Positions 28,311 to 36,872 of a stretch of 64,000 nt of DNA are shown in pieces. Within the stretch, counting starts at the first letter, position 1. Each line of letters opens with the position of its first letter. The position numbers were made by a program, and so were the translations under genes. Location of the stretch: positions 21,820 to 85,819 of the forward strand of contig LBVU01000003.1 of the NCBI GenBank assembly GCA_000993205.1. Reading direction: 5' to 3'. The DNA comes from Candidatus Woesebacteria bacterium GW2011_GWB1_39_10 (GTDB lineage: Bacteria > Patescibacteriota > Microgenomatia > UBA8517). The notes beneath the pieces are model-generated. The model did not search any database, was not told the DNA's origin, and saw only the letters and a program-made list of their open reading frames with translations.

Positions 28311-28917
28311 GATTTGCGATATCTTTATAAATAACTTCTACCGGTCTTTCCCCGTCAACCTCAACCACTTTTGAATCTTTTCTGAATTCTTCAATTAATG
28401 GAATTGTATGACTTTTATATAACTCGAGGCGTTTTTTAATTGCGTCAGGTTTGTCGTCCTCTCTTTGAATTAATTTGTTTTGATCAACATCGTCGGGAAT
28501 TTTTTCGGTAACCAGATTGTAGATCTTACCTGTTTCCGGATCTAATCTTCTGGCACTTAAACGCCTGACCGTTTCTTCTTCACTAATCTCTAAAATTATC
28601 GCCAAATCCAAGGTTACTTTCTTTTCCCTCAGCCAATTTTTTAGAAAATAGTATTGATCAACATTTCTTGGAAAACCATCAAAAACTATATTGTCATACA
28701 TGCTTTTTTCATCCAAAAAAGCTGTTAGATACGATGTCATTTCTTTATCCGGAACAAATTTTCCCTCGGCTAGAGCCTTTTTGACCTCAATATTTTCTTC
28801 TGCAACTTTTCTAAGGTATGCCCCCGATTCAAAATAGAAAAATCCAAATTCTTCAATTAGAAGTCTGGCCTGTGTTCCTTTGCCAGAACCTTGAGGGCCG
28901 AGTAGTAAAATGTTCAT
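28288..28917 (-). CDS. adk: adenylate kinase
   Basis: GPQGSGKGTQ P-loop. The LID domain lacks the Cys4 zinc site. Confidence 0.9.
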   Translation of the reverse strand: MNILLLGPQGSGKGTQARLLIEEFGFFYFESGAYLRKVAEENIEVKKALAEGKFVPDKEMTSYLTAFLDEKSMYDNIVFDGFPRNVDQYYFLKNWLREKKVTLDLAIILEISEEETVRRLSARRLDPETGKIYNLVTEKIPDDVDQNKLIQREDDKPDAIKKRLELYKSHTIPLIEEFRKDSKVVEVDGERPVEVIYKDIANLVKSHGH

Positions 28918-28928
28918 CCAGAGGTATT

Positions 28929-29285
28929 TTAACCTAACATCAGCTTCATTGGAATAAGCTCTCGGGAGAAGGGGTTGACCATAAGGCCCATATTTTTCAG
29001 GGTTAATGCCCCAAGAAGTGGTGAGTCCGTACTTTTTCCTATCACGACGGTCGATGGCGCCTTTTGTCCATTTACCAAAACTATCGCAAAACTTAAGTCC
29101 CTCTCCATTATACTTCCATCTGCCAGGCTAAATTTCTGTTTTCTATCCGATTTTAAACCCAACTTCTTAGCCATACTTAAAGGAATAACTGTAAAACTAG
29201 CGCCGGTGTCCACCAAAAAGTCCCCTTCGACTCTTTTTTTACCGGATAAGTCTGTAATTATAAGTGGAATTGTAGTTAAACCCAT
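28929..29285 (-). CDS. retropepsin-like (clan AA) aspartic protease, 118 aa
   Basis: FLVDTGAS active-site motif. Single-domain size implies a homodimer. Confidence 0.6.
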   Translation of the reverse strand: MGLTTIPLIITDLSGKKRVEGDFLVDTGASFTVIPLSMAKKLGLKSDRKQKFSLADGSIMERDLSFAIVLVNGQKAPSTVVIGKSTDSPLLGALTLKNMGLMVNPFSRELIPMKLMLG

Positions 29286-29314
29286 AAATCATTATAGCAC
29301 GCTCTCTGAATCAC

Positions 29315-29364
29315 CCTATAGACTTGACTTTTTAATGTGGTGGTGGTGGTACCATTAGCCTCAG
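29315..29364 (+). promoter_or_regulatory. about 50-bp promoter-like repeat, copy A (CCTATAGACTTGACTTTTTAATGTGGTGGTGGTGGTACCATTAGCCTCAG)
   Basis: About 85% identical to 31430-31477. Contains TTGACT. Confidence 0.5.
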
Positions 29365-29542
29365 CAAGTTGGTCAAACCCAAGTTCTTTTTGCAACCTGT
29401 AGTTTGAAATCTTGCTTTTTTAGTTACTTGCACATTCAAATTATTGCGGAATCGCCGAATTGGGTAGTTCTTTGGGCATCGCTTATTTTTAGTGTCCAAA
29501 GCACTATCCAATTCTGGATAGAAAAAGAAAGGAGAATCACAA

Positions 29543-30013
29543 ATGAAAGGCGCTTGGATATGGACGATTTTTATGGTCGCTTTTGCTGTTGTCGTCAGTC
29601 TTCAACTGAATCGGGACATCGTCTACGGTGGTACTGATATCGAGTTTACAGGCATGTCCTCACGCAACCTGGCCATCAACGCAAGTTCTGAAACGACGTT
29701 TGAGGGTGCTTCCTCCGATTTTTTCCTCCTGCGCAAGCTGAACGGGGAAACGATTGTAGCGACACCGACTAAACCACCTTTGGGCTGGAGTTCAGATACC
29801 TATTTCACGGCAGGGCCAACCACTATTCAAAGTGGCAATTGGATTGTCGAGACGGGATCGCCAACCATCCATCTGACAAGCAGTCAGTCAGTAACCGTTA
29901 CAGCCCATATTCCCGACAAGGCATCGACTTGGTATGAGATATCTCTTATCGTCACTCTTATTTGGCTTTTAGGCCTACTAGTAGCAGCCATGAACATGGA
30001 TCTCCGCAATTGA
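29543..30013 (+). CDS. hypothetical membrane protein (N- and C-terminal TM), higher GC, SD-led
   Basis: AAAGGAGA Shine-Dalgarno. About 49% GC against a local background near 40%. Confidence 0.55.
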   Translation: MKGAWIWTIFMVAFAVVVSLQLNRDIVYGGTDIEFTGMSSRNLAINASSETTFEGASSDFFLLRKLNGETIVATPTKPPLGWSSDTYFTAGPTTIQSGNWIVETGSPTIHLTSSQSVTVTAHIPDKASTWYEISLIVTLIWLLGLLVAAMNMDLRN

Positions 30014-30020
30014 AGCGCAA

Positions 30021-30067
30021 AAACCTGAAATAGGCCCCGTAAAAAGGACACCGTTTCAGGTTTTTTA
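30021..30067 (+). terminator. rho-independent terminator (AAACCTGAAA...TTTCAGGTTTTTT)
   Basis: Stem followed by a T6 run. Confidence 0.6.
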
Positions 30068-30077
30068 TTGGAGAAAA

Positions 30078-31361
30078 CTATCTAATTAGCCCTTCGTATT
30101 TACCCATAACCATCTCGCCTTCTATTTCACGGATTACCTCCAATGCAACAGAGACTACGATCAGAATACTGGTTCCGCCTATTGCAAGGCTCTGCACGCC
30201 CACGAACTTCTGGAAAAACGAGGGCAAAATTGCCACCATTCCCAAAAACGCTCCACCTACCACGGTTAAGCGGGCAAGAACAAAAGAAAGATATTTCGCG
30301 GTTTCTTTACCGGGCCTAATTCCTGGGATAAAGCCACCGCCTTTTTGCAAATCTTCTGAAATTTTTTCCGGATTAAATACCACCGCAGTATAAAAATAAG
30401 TAAATCCAAAAACCAAAAAGAAATATACCAAGTTATAAGTAAGGGACTGGGGATTAAATGCTGTTGTTATCGAACGGGCAACATTAGCTACAGCCGCATT
30501 CGGAATATTGGTCAAAAACTGTCCCAGAAGGGAAGGCAAAAGGACCAAAGATACGGCAAAAATTATTGGAATTACCCCGGCCTGGTTAAGGCGAAGCGGA
30601 AGATAAGAAGTTGAGGCAAGTCCACTTTCGGTTCTACGTTTGGCATAATGAATCGGAATCTGGCGCGCAGCCTCACTAATAAAGATGACAAGTCCCACAA
30701 TTACAATTGCAACCGCCAGGAATATTATGATTTTGAGAAGATCCTGCGACTGAACAATGCTTGCCGATTGTCCCAAAGTAATTGGTAAACGTGCGACAAT
30801 TCCGGTAAAAATCAAAATCGAAACTCCATTTTTAAAACCGTATTCGCTGATTAGTTCTCCAAGCCAAACAGCAAAAACGGTGCCTGCCGTCATTGTTAGA
30901 ACCAGCGACAAAAGAGCAAGAGGCTCAAGATTCGGAATAACTTTTTGCCCCTTAAGAAGCGCATACATCCCAAAAGCTTGCAATGTTGCCAATGGCACTG
31001 TTAAAAGGCGTGTGTATTGATTGATTTTTTCCTGACCATACTCGCCTTCCTTTTGAAGAGCCTCAAGACTCGGAATTACGTAGCCAAGCATCTGAAAGAT
31101 GATTGAGGCGTTGATGTACGGATTAAGTCCCAAGGCAAGAATAGAAAAGTTGGCCAAGGTACCACCGGAAAATACATCTAAAAGAGAGAGAAGCGGACTT
31201 CCGTTAAAAAGCGCAGTAAGAGTTTCGCGGTTTATGCCCGCCGCAGGAATGTGTCCTGCAAGCCTGAAGATGACTAAAATTCCCGCCGTGACAAGAAGCT
31301 TTCTTCTTATGGATGGGGTTTTAACGGCTTTGCTGAAAAAATGAATGATGGAATTGAACAT
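30078..31361 (-). CDS. secY: preprotein translocase subunit SecY
   Basis: Ten-TM SecY family. Own TATAAT lies 10 nt upstream of the ATG. Confidence 0.9.
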   Translation of the reverse strand: MFNSIIHFFSKAVKTPSIRRKLLVTAGILVIFRLAGHIPAAGINRETLTALFNGSPLLSLLDVFSGGTLANFSILALGLNPYINASIIFQMLGYVIPSLEALQKEGEYGQEKINQYTRLLTVPLATLQAFGMYALLKGQKVIPNLEPLALLSLVLTMTAGTVFAVWLGELISEYGFKNGVSILIFTGIVARLPITLGQSASIVQSQDLLKIIIFLAVAIVIVGLVIFISEAARQIPIHYAKRRTESGLASTSYLPLRLNQAGVIPIIFAVSLVLLPSLLGQFLTNIPNAAVANVARSITTAFNPQSLTYNLVYFFLVFGFTYFYTAVVFNPEKISEDLQKGGGFIPGIRPGKETAKYLSFVLARLTVVGGAFLGMVAILPSFFQKFVGVQSLAIGGTSILIVVSVALEVIREIEGEMVMGKYEGLIR

Positions 31362-31429
31362 AACAGGGTAAATTATACCTTAAACCCGATTCTGAAGCCA
31401 CCCACGAAATCTATTTCTGGCGGCACAGT

Positions 31430-31477
31430 CCTATAATCTTGACTTTTATATGTGGTGGTGGTACCATCCAGCTTCAG
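31430..31477 (+). promoter_or_regulatory. about 50-bp promoter-like repeat, copy B (TTGACT-N17-TACCAT)
   Basis: Matches copy A. Lies about 75 nt upstream of the 31553 gene. Confidence 0.5.
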
Positions 31478-31552
31478 TTTTGCACTTTGAAATTGCGGGT
31501 TTTTGGTTTCGGAAAGTCTGTTCTGATGATGATGAGAAATAGGAGAAAAATT

Positions 31553-32242
31553 ATGAAACCAAAATTTAATGTACGCGTAAACCACGCCTCGGGAAGAACT
31601 TTCTCCACGGATGTGGAAATCGGCAAGCAGGTCGTCTCGCTTTATATGCCCTATGATTCTGCCCAACACCAGTACCTCGAAGCCCTTCGCGATCATGACC
31701 GTATTGTGGCCGTGATGGTTCGGGAACTGCGCCAGATCGACGCGGTTGACGACATCTTTGTTGATCCGTACGAAGTTTCGGTCTACATGAAGGAGAAAAA
31801 TTCCTTCGGACTTCGGCCGCGGTGGAACGAAAAGATCGACCAGATTGTCAAAAAGGCATTTCAAGCAAGGTATGACGAGCTACATCCCAATCGGAAAAGA
31901 CTTGCCATTGAGATTTATCCAAACGATCGGTTTCGGGGTTTTGCCACCACCTTTGAAATCTCGAATTCACGCTATGAAACTTTCCTGCGTCCGCTTCGGA
32001 TTTCCAGTGTGGAATACTTACACAAGGTCGGCATTGATGGCGGCGGAGAACTTGTCCGCATCGTTATGCAGATCCCGGGCGTCACACAAGTTTCAATACA
32101 GCCTTACGAGGCACGCGTCGAGATTGCAAACGCCTTCAGCTGGGACGAGCTTGATGACAATGGCAAGTCGATAGTGGACAACATTGTCGAGGCTTTCAAG
32201 AAAGTTTTCGGCAACAACATCGCCATTTCCAACAAGCAATAA
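31553..32242 (+). CDS. hypothetical protein, higher GC (about 52%), SD-led
   Basis: AGGAGA Shine-Dalgarno. Start set at MKPKF. Placement in the spc operon on the opposite strand suggests it is foreign. Confidence 0.55.
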   Translation: MKPKFNVRVNHASGRTFSTDVEIGKQVVSLYMPYDSAQHQYLEALRDHDRIVAVMVRELRQIDAVDDIFVDPYEVSVYMKEKNSFGLRPRWNEKIDQIVKKAFQARYDELHPNRKRLAIEIYPNDRFRGFATTFEISNSRYETFLRPLRISSVEYLHKVGIDGGGELVRIVMQIPGVTQVSIQPYEARVEIANAFSWDELDDNGKSIVDNIVEAFKKVFGNNIAISNKQ

Positions 32243-32355
32243 AACCAAACACAATAAACCCGCAAAGTGTAAAACAACACCCCCAACCTGTAATAAGGTT
32301 ATCCGCAAGGATTATAAAGAGGGGTGTTTTTCTTGAAAAAACCACGTTTTTGTTC

Positions 32356-32383
32356 TGCTACACTGCTACATATCAGTGTAGCA
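32356..32383. promoter_or_regulatory. palindrome TGCTACACTG-CTACATAT-CAGTGTAGCA (copy 2 of 3)
   Basis: 16 nt after the stop of the YerC-like gene. Confidence 0.5.
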
Positions 32384-32400
32384 AAGACCAAATAAAATAA

Positions 32401-32958
32401 TTAAAAATTTTTCTTATTAGATTGGTTCCCGTGGCTGGATTGATAGTGAAGGTCAATTTCTTCCCGAAAAACTTTATCAGAATTTTCTTTTGCGGAAACC
32501 CCTTTGGCAAAATTTTCCAACAAATCTGTTTGTTTATTTACTATCCCGGCTATGGCGAGTGTAGAAATCAGTTTTGGTAGTTGGAATTCAATAGGAATTT
32601 TCGGCAAATTTGCAGGGATCGCGTATTTTACTGGAAGCTTAGAAATAACACTTCTTAAACCTTCCCCACCTTCACTTAACCAAATGTTTACTTTTGAAAT
32701 AGTTGCAAAACTGCAGTGTAATTCGTCTGCGATTTCTCTTTCTGTGGTTTCTTTTAGGAGTAATTTGGCAATTCTTAGCCGTTTTGCCAAATTTTTAATC
32801 TCCTTGGCGGTAAGCAAATCTTTGAGGAATAGGGCAGTCTCGGTGGGAGTTTTGACGATACTTACAGCGTTTATCAAATCAAACATTAATGCCAACTGTT
32901 CATCTCTCCCAAGTTTCTCAGGCCTCGTTGATCTTTTGTAATAAGCAGTCTTCGTCAT
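32401..32958 (-). CDS. TrpR-like YerC/YecD family DNA-binding protein with extended C-terminal domain
   Basis: Segment LAKRLRIAKLLLKETTEREIADELHCSFATISKV matches the YerC/YecD HTH core. Confidence 0.6.
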   Translation of the reverse strand: MTKTAYYKRSTRPEKLGRDEQLALMFDLINAVSIVKTPTETALFLKDLLTAKEIKNLAKRLRIAKLLLKETTEREIADELHCSFATISKVNIWLSEGGEGLRSVISKLPVKYAIPANLPKIPIEFQLPKLISTLAIAGIVNKQTDLLENFAKGVSAKENSDKVFREEIDLHYQSSHGNQSNKKNF

Positions 32959-32960
32959 GA

Positions 32961-32988
32961 TGATACAGTGCTATGTATCAGTGTAGCA
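32961..32988. promoter_or_regulatory. palindrome TGATACAGTG-CTATGTAT-CAGTGTAGCA (copy 3 of 3), ending 3 nt before the YerC-like start codon
   Basis: Seen in the sequence. Confidence 0.55.
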
Positions 32989-33054
32989 TAAAAGACACAG
33001 AATTGAAAATGCTTTAGTTTTATTGGTATTAATTGAAAGTTTTAATTGAAGATC

Positions 33055-33516
33055 TTAATTTTCCTTTACAGAGTCCGTTTTGGCTACTTTTTCAACTACT
33101 TTTTCTACAACCGGATTTACAGATTTGGAAGTCGGGACAAGGAAGGTAAACTTTTTGGTTGTTTTGCCTCCACCTAAAATTTTTACACCGAATTTTTTAG
33201 CTTCTTTGGCGTCCACCAATTTTTCTTTAACTAAAAGTTCAACCGTAATTTTTGAACCCGTTGGTAAAACTTCCAAATCACTCAAATTAAGTATTACCGG
33301 TTTTCCACCCGCTTTGAATTTTCCTTTTCCTCTTTGAAGAGGTAATCTCTTAAGGAAAGACTTCTTCATTTTGAGTCCCTCAAAAAGAATTCCTTTAGAA
33401 GTTCTTGATTTTTGCCCTTTTTGGCCACGTCCCGATGTGTGGCTACCTTTACCGGAACCCATTCCGCGTCCTACTCTTTTTTTTGGTCTTTGAACTATTT
33501 TTGGCAAATTTGACAT
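33055..33516 (-). CDS. rplO: 50S ribosomal protein L15
   Basis: Family conservation. Directly follows rpsE with no L30 between. Confidence 0.9.
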   Translation of the reverse strand: MSNLPKIVQRPKKRVGRGMGSGKGSHTSGRGQKGQKSRTSKGILFEGLKMKKSFLKRLPLQRGKGKFKAGGKPVILNLSDLEVLPTGSKITVELLVKEKLVDAKEAKKFGVKILGGGKTTKKFTFLVPTSKSVNPVVEKVVEKVAKTDSVKEN

Positions 33517-33517
33517 A

Positions 33518-34006
33518 TTATTTCTTCTTCATTTCAACAAGACTTGTGATCTGTTCCAAAGCTTTAAGTGTTGCATAAACGTTTGAGATTTTATTTTTGG
33601 TTCCCAGGATTTTACCCACCGCATCCCTGATTCCCGCGGCTTCAAGAACAACCCTCATTGGTCCCCCGGCGATAATTCCGCTTCCGGGAGGAGCCGGTTT
33701 GAGGAGAATTTTTGCTGCCGAAAACTTTTCGTTAACCGAGTAGGGAATCGTGGTACCGACAATGGGAACTATAATTAGTTTTCTTTTAGCCGCCTCAATT
33801 GATTTTCTGATAGCGTTTCGCACGTCGTGAGCTTTGGCCAAACCTACTCCAACTTTCCCTTTTCTGTCTCCCACAACCACAAGAGCGGAAAATCTCATTT
33901 GGTTTCCCCCTTTGGTCTTTTTGGAAACCCTGTTTATTTGGACCACTGTTTCTTCAAACTCTTTTGGCCCTGTGTCGTATTGTTGTCTTCTATTAAAGTT
34001 TGCCAT
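33518..34006 (-). CDS. rpsE: 30S ribosomal protein S5
   Basis: Family conservation. Confidence 0.9.
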   Translation of the reverse strand: MANFNRRQQYDTGPKEFEETVVQINRVSKKTKGGNQMRFSALVVVGDRKGKVGVGLAKAHDVRNAIRKSIEAAKRKLIIVPIVGTTIPYSVNEKFSAAKILLKPAPPGSGIIAGGPMRVVLEAAGIRDAVGKILGTKNKISNVYATLKALEQITSLVEMKKK

Positions 34007-34045
34007 ATGTTTATAAATACTAAATTCAAATATCGAAATCCGAAA

Positions 34046-34366
34046 CTAAAACTCCAAACCTCCTTTTCTTGCTCCGTCTGCCAATGCCTTAACTTTGCCG
34101 TGATATATAAATCCGTTTCTGTCAAAAGTAACTTTTTTGATCTTTTTGCCTATCGCCTTTATTGCCAATTCTTCTCCTACTTTTGCGCCGGCGTTTTTTG
34201 GCCCTTTAGCGGAAACTATTGTCTCCTGTTTTTCGTCGTCGATTACTTGAGAGTAAAGATATTTATTTGAACGGAAAACACTAAGTCTCGGACGCGTTTT
34301 AGTCCCAAAAATTTTCGATTTAACTCTTCTTTTTCTTTGCTGATATCTTTTTTGTTTGATTTCCAT
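34046..34366 (-). CDS. rplR: 50S ribosomal protein L18
   Basis: Family conservation. Confidence 0.9.
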   Translation of the reverse strand: MEIKQKRYQQRKRRVKSKIFGTKTRPRLSVFRSNKYLYSQVIDDEKQETIVSAKGPKNAGAKVGEELAIKAIGKKIKKVTFDRNGFIYHGKVKALADGARKGGLEF

Positions 34367-34406
34367 TTTTAATTATTAATTATTAATTATTAATTTTTAA
34401 TTTCAG

Positions 34407-34958
34407 TTAGGCCGCTCCTGTAGTTTTGGCCGCAGCTTTACCCGGCTTTCTTCGTATAATTTCATCTACATATTTAATTCCTTTACCCTTGTACGGCTCA
34501 GGGGGTCTGGCTCCCCTAATATCTGCCGCGATCTGCCCGACTATTTCTTTATCAAACCCGTCAACAGTAACTATCATTTTTTCAATTTTAAACGTGATCC
34601 CCTCCGGCGCATCAATTTTTACAGGATGAGAATATCCAACAGTCAACGATAGTGTTTTGCCGGAAACCTCCGCCCTAAAACCGGTTCCAACCAGCTCAAG
34701 TTTTTTACTCCAACCGGTAGATACTCCAAAAACATCATTGTTGATAATAGACCTGAATGTCCCATGTAAACTACTTGCCTGCTTGCTAGATCCTTTTACT
34801 GTAATAAGAACCTCCCCGTCTTTAACCTCGGCATTAACAACATGCGGCAAATGCCGGGTAAGAACGCCTTTTGGTCCTGTCGTTTTAACAGTTTGGCCAG
34901 AAACCTCAACTGTTACACCCTGGGCAATTTTGATTGGTTGTCTTCCGATTTTTGACAT
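34407..34958 (-). CDS. rplF: 50S ribosomal protein L6
   Basis: Family conservation. Confidence 0.9.
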   Translation of the reverse strand: MSKIGRQPIKIAQGVTVEVSGQTVKTTGPKGVLTRHLPHVVNAEVKDGEVLITVKGSSKQASSLHGTFRSIINNDVFGVSTGWSKKLELVGTGFRAEVSGKTLSLTVGYSHPVKIDAPEGITFKIEKMIVTVDGFDKEIVGQIAADIRGARPPEPYKGKGIKYVDEIIRRKPGKAAAKTTGAA

Positions 34959-34965
34959 TTTTAAA

Positions 34966-34987
34966 ATCCTGAATTAATTTCAGGAAC
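34966..34987 (-). promoter_or_regulatory. intercistronic hairpin TCCTGAA-TTAAT-TTCAGGA between rpsH and rplF
   Basis: Seen in the sequence. Coordinates are within 1 nt. Confidence 0.5.
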
Positions 34988-34992
34988 TTTCC

Positions 34993-35391
34993 CTACCAAA
35001 TTTCTGCAATTACTTCCCCACCTGTCCTGGTCTTAATCGATTCGCGTGACGAGAGTATTCCTTTTGGCGTCGAAATAATAAAAGTTGATGGGCCTTTTTT
35101 GGAGGCAATTTCATCAACACCTAAATATATCCTTAACCCCGGCTTACTAACTAATCTGAGATCTATCAAAAGAGGCTTCTTATTCTTGAACGCCAACGAT
35201 ATACTGAGAGCTTGTTTGTCTTTTTTAACCTCATCCAGATAGCCCAGTTTCTTAAGAGCTTCAGCTATTGCGACAATTTTGCGATTCCCATAAACCTCAA
35301 TCTTTTTATTTTTGGCCATAGCGGCATTTTTAACCTTAATTAAAAAGTCTCCTACTGAATAATTTGTAATTGAATGTTTAATTTTTTTCAT
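34993..35391 (-). CDS. rpsH: 30S ribosomal protein S8
   Basis: Family conservation. Confidence 0.9.
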   Translation of the reverse strand: MKKIKHSITNYSVGDFLIKVKNAAMAKNKKIEVYGNRKIVAIAEALKKLGYLDEVKKDKQALSISLAFKNKKPLLIDLRLVSKPGLRIYLGVDEIASKKGPSTFIISTPKGILSSRESIKTRTGGEVIAEIW

Positions 35392-35393
35392 AG

Positions 35394-35579
35394 TTACCAG
35401 CTTGCTTTTCTAACCCCTGGAATCTCACCTTTTAAGGCGTGCTCCCTGAAACAAAGTCTGCAAATTCCAAACTTACGTATGTAACCACGGGACCTTCCGC
35501 AGAGTTTGCATCTGTTACGGTATCTGACTTTAAACTTTAGTTTTTTTGTTTCTCTGACTTCTTTTGCAGTTGTTGACAT
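35394..35579 (-). CDS. rpsN: 30S ribosomal protein S14 type Z (zinc form, 61 aa)
   Basis: CxxC...CxxC motif. Confidence 0.9.
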   Translation of the reverse strand: MSTTAKEVRETKKLKFKVRYRNRCKLCGRSRGYIRKFGICRLCFREHALKGEIPGVRKASW

Positions 35580-35582
35580 ATA

Positions 35583-36122
35583 TTATTTTTGAAATGGCAC
35601 CCCTAGCAGTTCCAAAAGTTTTTTGGATTGTATCACGTTCCCGCCTGTTATCACGATCGTTACTTCAAGTCCATGGGGTGCGGCGCTTTTTGCCGGATCA
35701 ATCTCGGGAAAAACCGTATGCTCTACAAATCCCAGAGTGTAATTGCCGGACTTATCAAACGATTTGAGAGATGTGCCTCTGAAATCTCTAAGACGTGGTA
35801 GGGTGACCGACATAAGTCTATCTAAAAATGAATACATTCTGTTTCCCCTCAAAGTTACGGATAAACCAACCGGCATCCCGGCGCGAAGTGAAAAGCTTGC
35901 AATTGAAACCTTTGCATTCCTCACCGAAGGAAATTGACCGGAAATGGCAGCAATATCCCGTCTTAATCCGTCCATTAAAGCTTGGTTTTTGGCCGCTTCT
36001 CCCACGCCCATATTAATAACAATCTTTTTAATTCTCGGGATTGCCATAGAATTATTAATGCTAAATTCTTTAGCCAATACCGGTTTGGCCTCTTTTTCAA
36101 ATTTTTCTTTTAGTCTATTCAT
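35583..36122 (-). CDS. rplE: 50S ribosomal protein L5
   Basis: Start set at ATG (MNRLKEKF). The track's TTG start is at 36146. Confidence 0.85.
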   Translation of the reverse strand: MNRLKEKFEKEAKPVLAKEFSINNSMAIPRIKKIVINMGVGEAAKNQALMDGLRRDIAAISGQFPSVRNAKVSIASFSLRAGMPVGLSVTLRGNRMYSFLDRLMSVTLPRLRDFRGTSLKSFDKSGNYTLGFVEHTVFPEIDPAKSAAPHGLEVTIVITGGNVIQSKKLLELLGVPFQK

Positions 36123-36134
36123 AAGTTTATATAG

Positions 36135-36155
36135 ATCCCGAATCAAGTTCGGGAT
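36135..36155 (-). promoter_or_regulatory. intercistronic hairpin variant ATCCCGAA-TCAAG-TTCGGGAT between rplX and rplE
   Basis: Compensatory change (CCTGAA/TTCAGG to CCCGAA/TTCGGG) relative to the other copies. Confidence 0.5.
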
Positions 36156-36161
36156 GACTCC

Positions 36162-36500
36162 TTACTTGGAGTCAATCTCTTTTCCGCACTTCCTACAAAT
36201 TCTCACTTTTTCAGCAAACTTTCCGCCAGAGGCGGATCCAGCTATGGTGGAAAATCCGACTCGTGTCACCTTTTTACACTTTGGGCAAACCAAAGCTATT
36301 TTTCCAAAACCCATAGGCCTGGGCAAGGGATAAACTCCGCCTTTTACATCACCAAACCCTTTTACGTGTTTTTTATAAAGGTTCATCTCGGGTATTAAAG
36401 CCTTTGACTCGACAGGTAGAATTTTCTCAATTTTTCCCTCTCTGCCCTTGTCTTTACCCGCTGTTATTTTGACTGTGTCTCCTTTTTTAAATTTCAACAT
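36162..36500 (-). CDS. rplX: 50S ribosomal protein L24 with C-terminal Cys4 zinc-ribbon extension
   Basis: KOW motif KKGDTVKITAGKDKG, then ...CPKCKK...CRKCGK. Confidence 0.85.
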   Translation of the reverse strand: MLKFKKGDTVKITAGKDKGREGKIEKILPVESKALIPEMNLYKKHVKGFGDVKGGVYPLPRPMGFGKIALVCPKCKKVTRVGFSTIAGSASGGKFAEKVRICRKCGKEIDSK

Positions 36501-36503
36501 ATA

Positions 36504-36869
36504 TTAAATGACTTCCCTGGCCAAAGACGCAATCTTATTGTATCCTGCATCCTTTATTTCTCTGGCAACCGGACCTAAAATTCTTGTTCCTCTGGGAAGC
36601 CCTTGTTTATCGATTACAACTCCGGCATTATCGTCAAAGCGAATATACGTTCCGTCACTTCTACCGACTTCCTTTCGTGTACGCACTATTAAAACCCTGA
36701 CTTTTTCGTGATCTGCAACAACCCCCGCCGCATCCGCACCTTTGACTACGCAAAGAACAACGTCTCCCAGACTCGCGAATTTACCAACTCTGCCGGGAAC
36801 TCCAATGATCATAAGTCTTTTGGCCCCGCTATTATCTGCCGAAACTAACATTGTGCGTAATTGAACCAT
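36504..36869 (-). CDS. rplN: 50S ribosomal protein L14
   Basis: Family conservation. Confidence 0.9.
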   Translation of the reverse strand: MVQLRTMLVSADNSGAKRLMIIGVPGRVGKFASLGDVVLCVVKGADAAGVVADHEKVRVLIVRTRKEVGRSDGTYIRFDDNAGVVIDKQGLPRGTRILGPVAREIKDAGYNKIASLAREVI

Positions 36870-36872
36870 TTT

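Noticed and set aside
28975-29358. 127-aa plus-strand ORF ending ...WWWWYH
   Set aside because: Antisense to the retropepsin gene and runs through the GTGGTGGTGG repeat.
31373-31864. 163-aa minus-strand ORF
   Set aside because: Antisense to the SD-led 31553-32242 gene. It is low-complexity and the plus-strand frame is longer.
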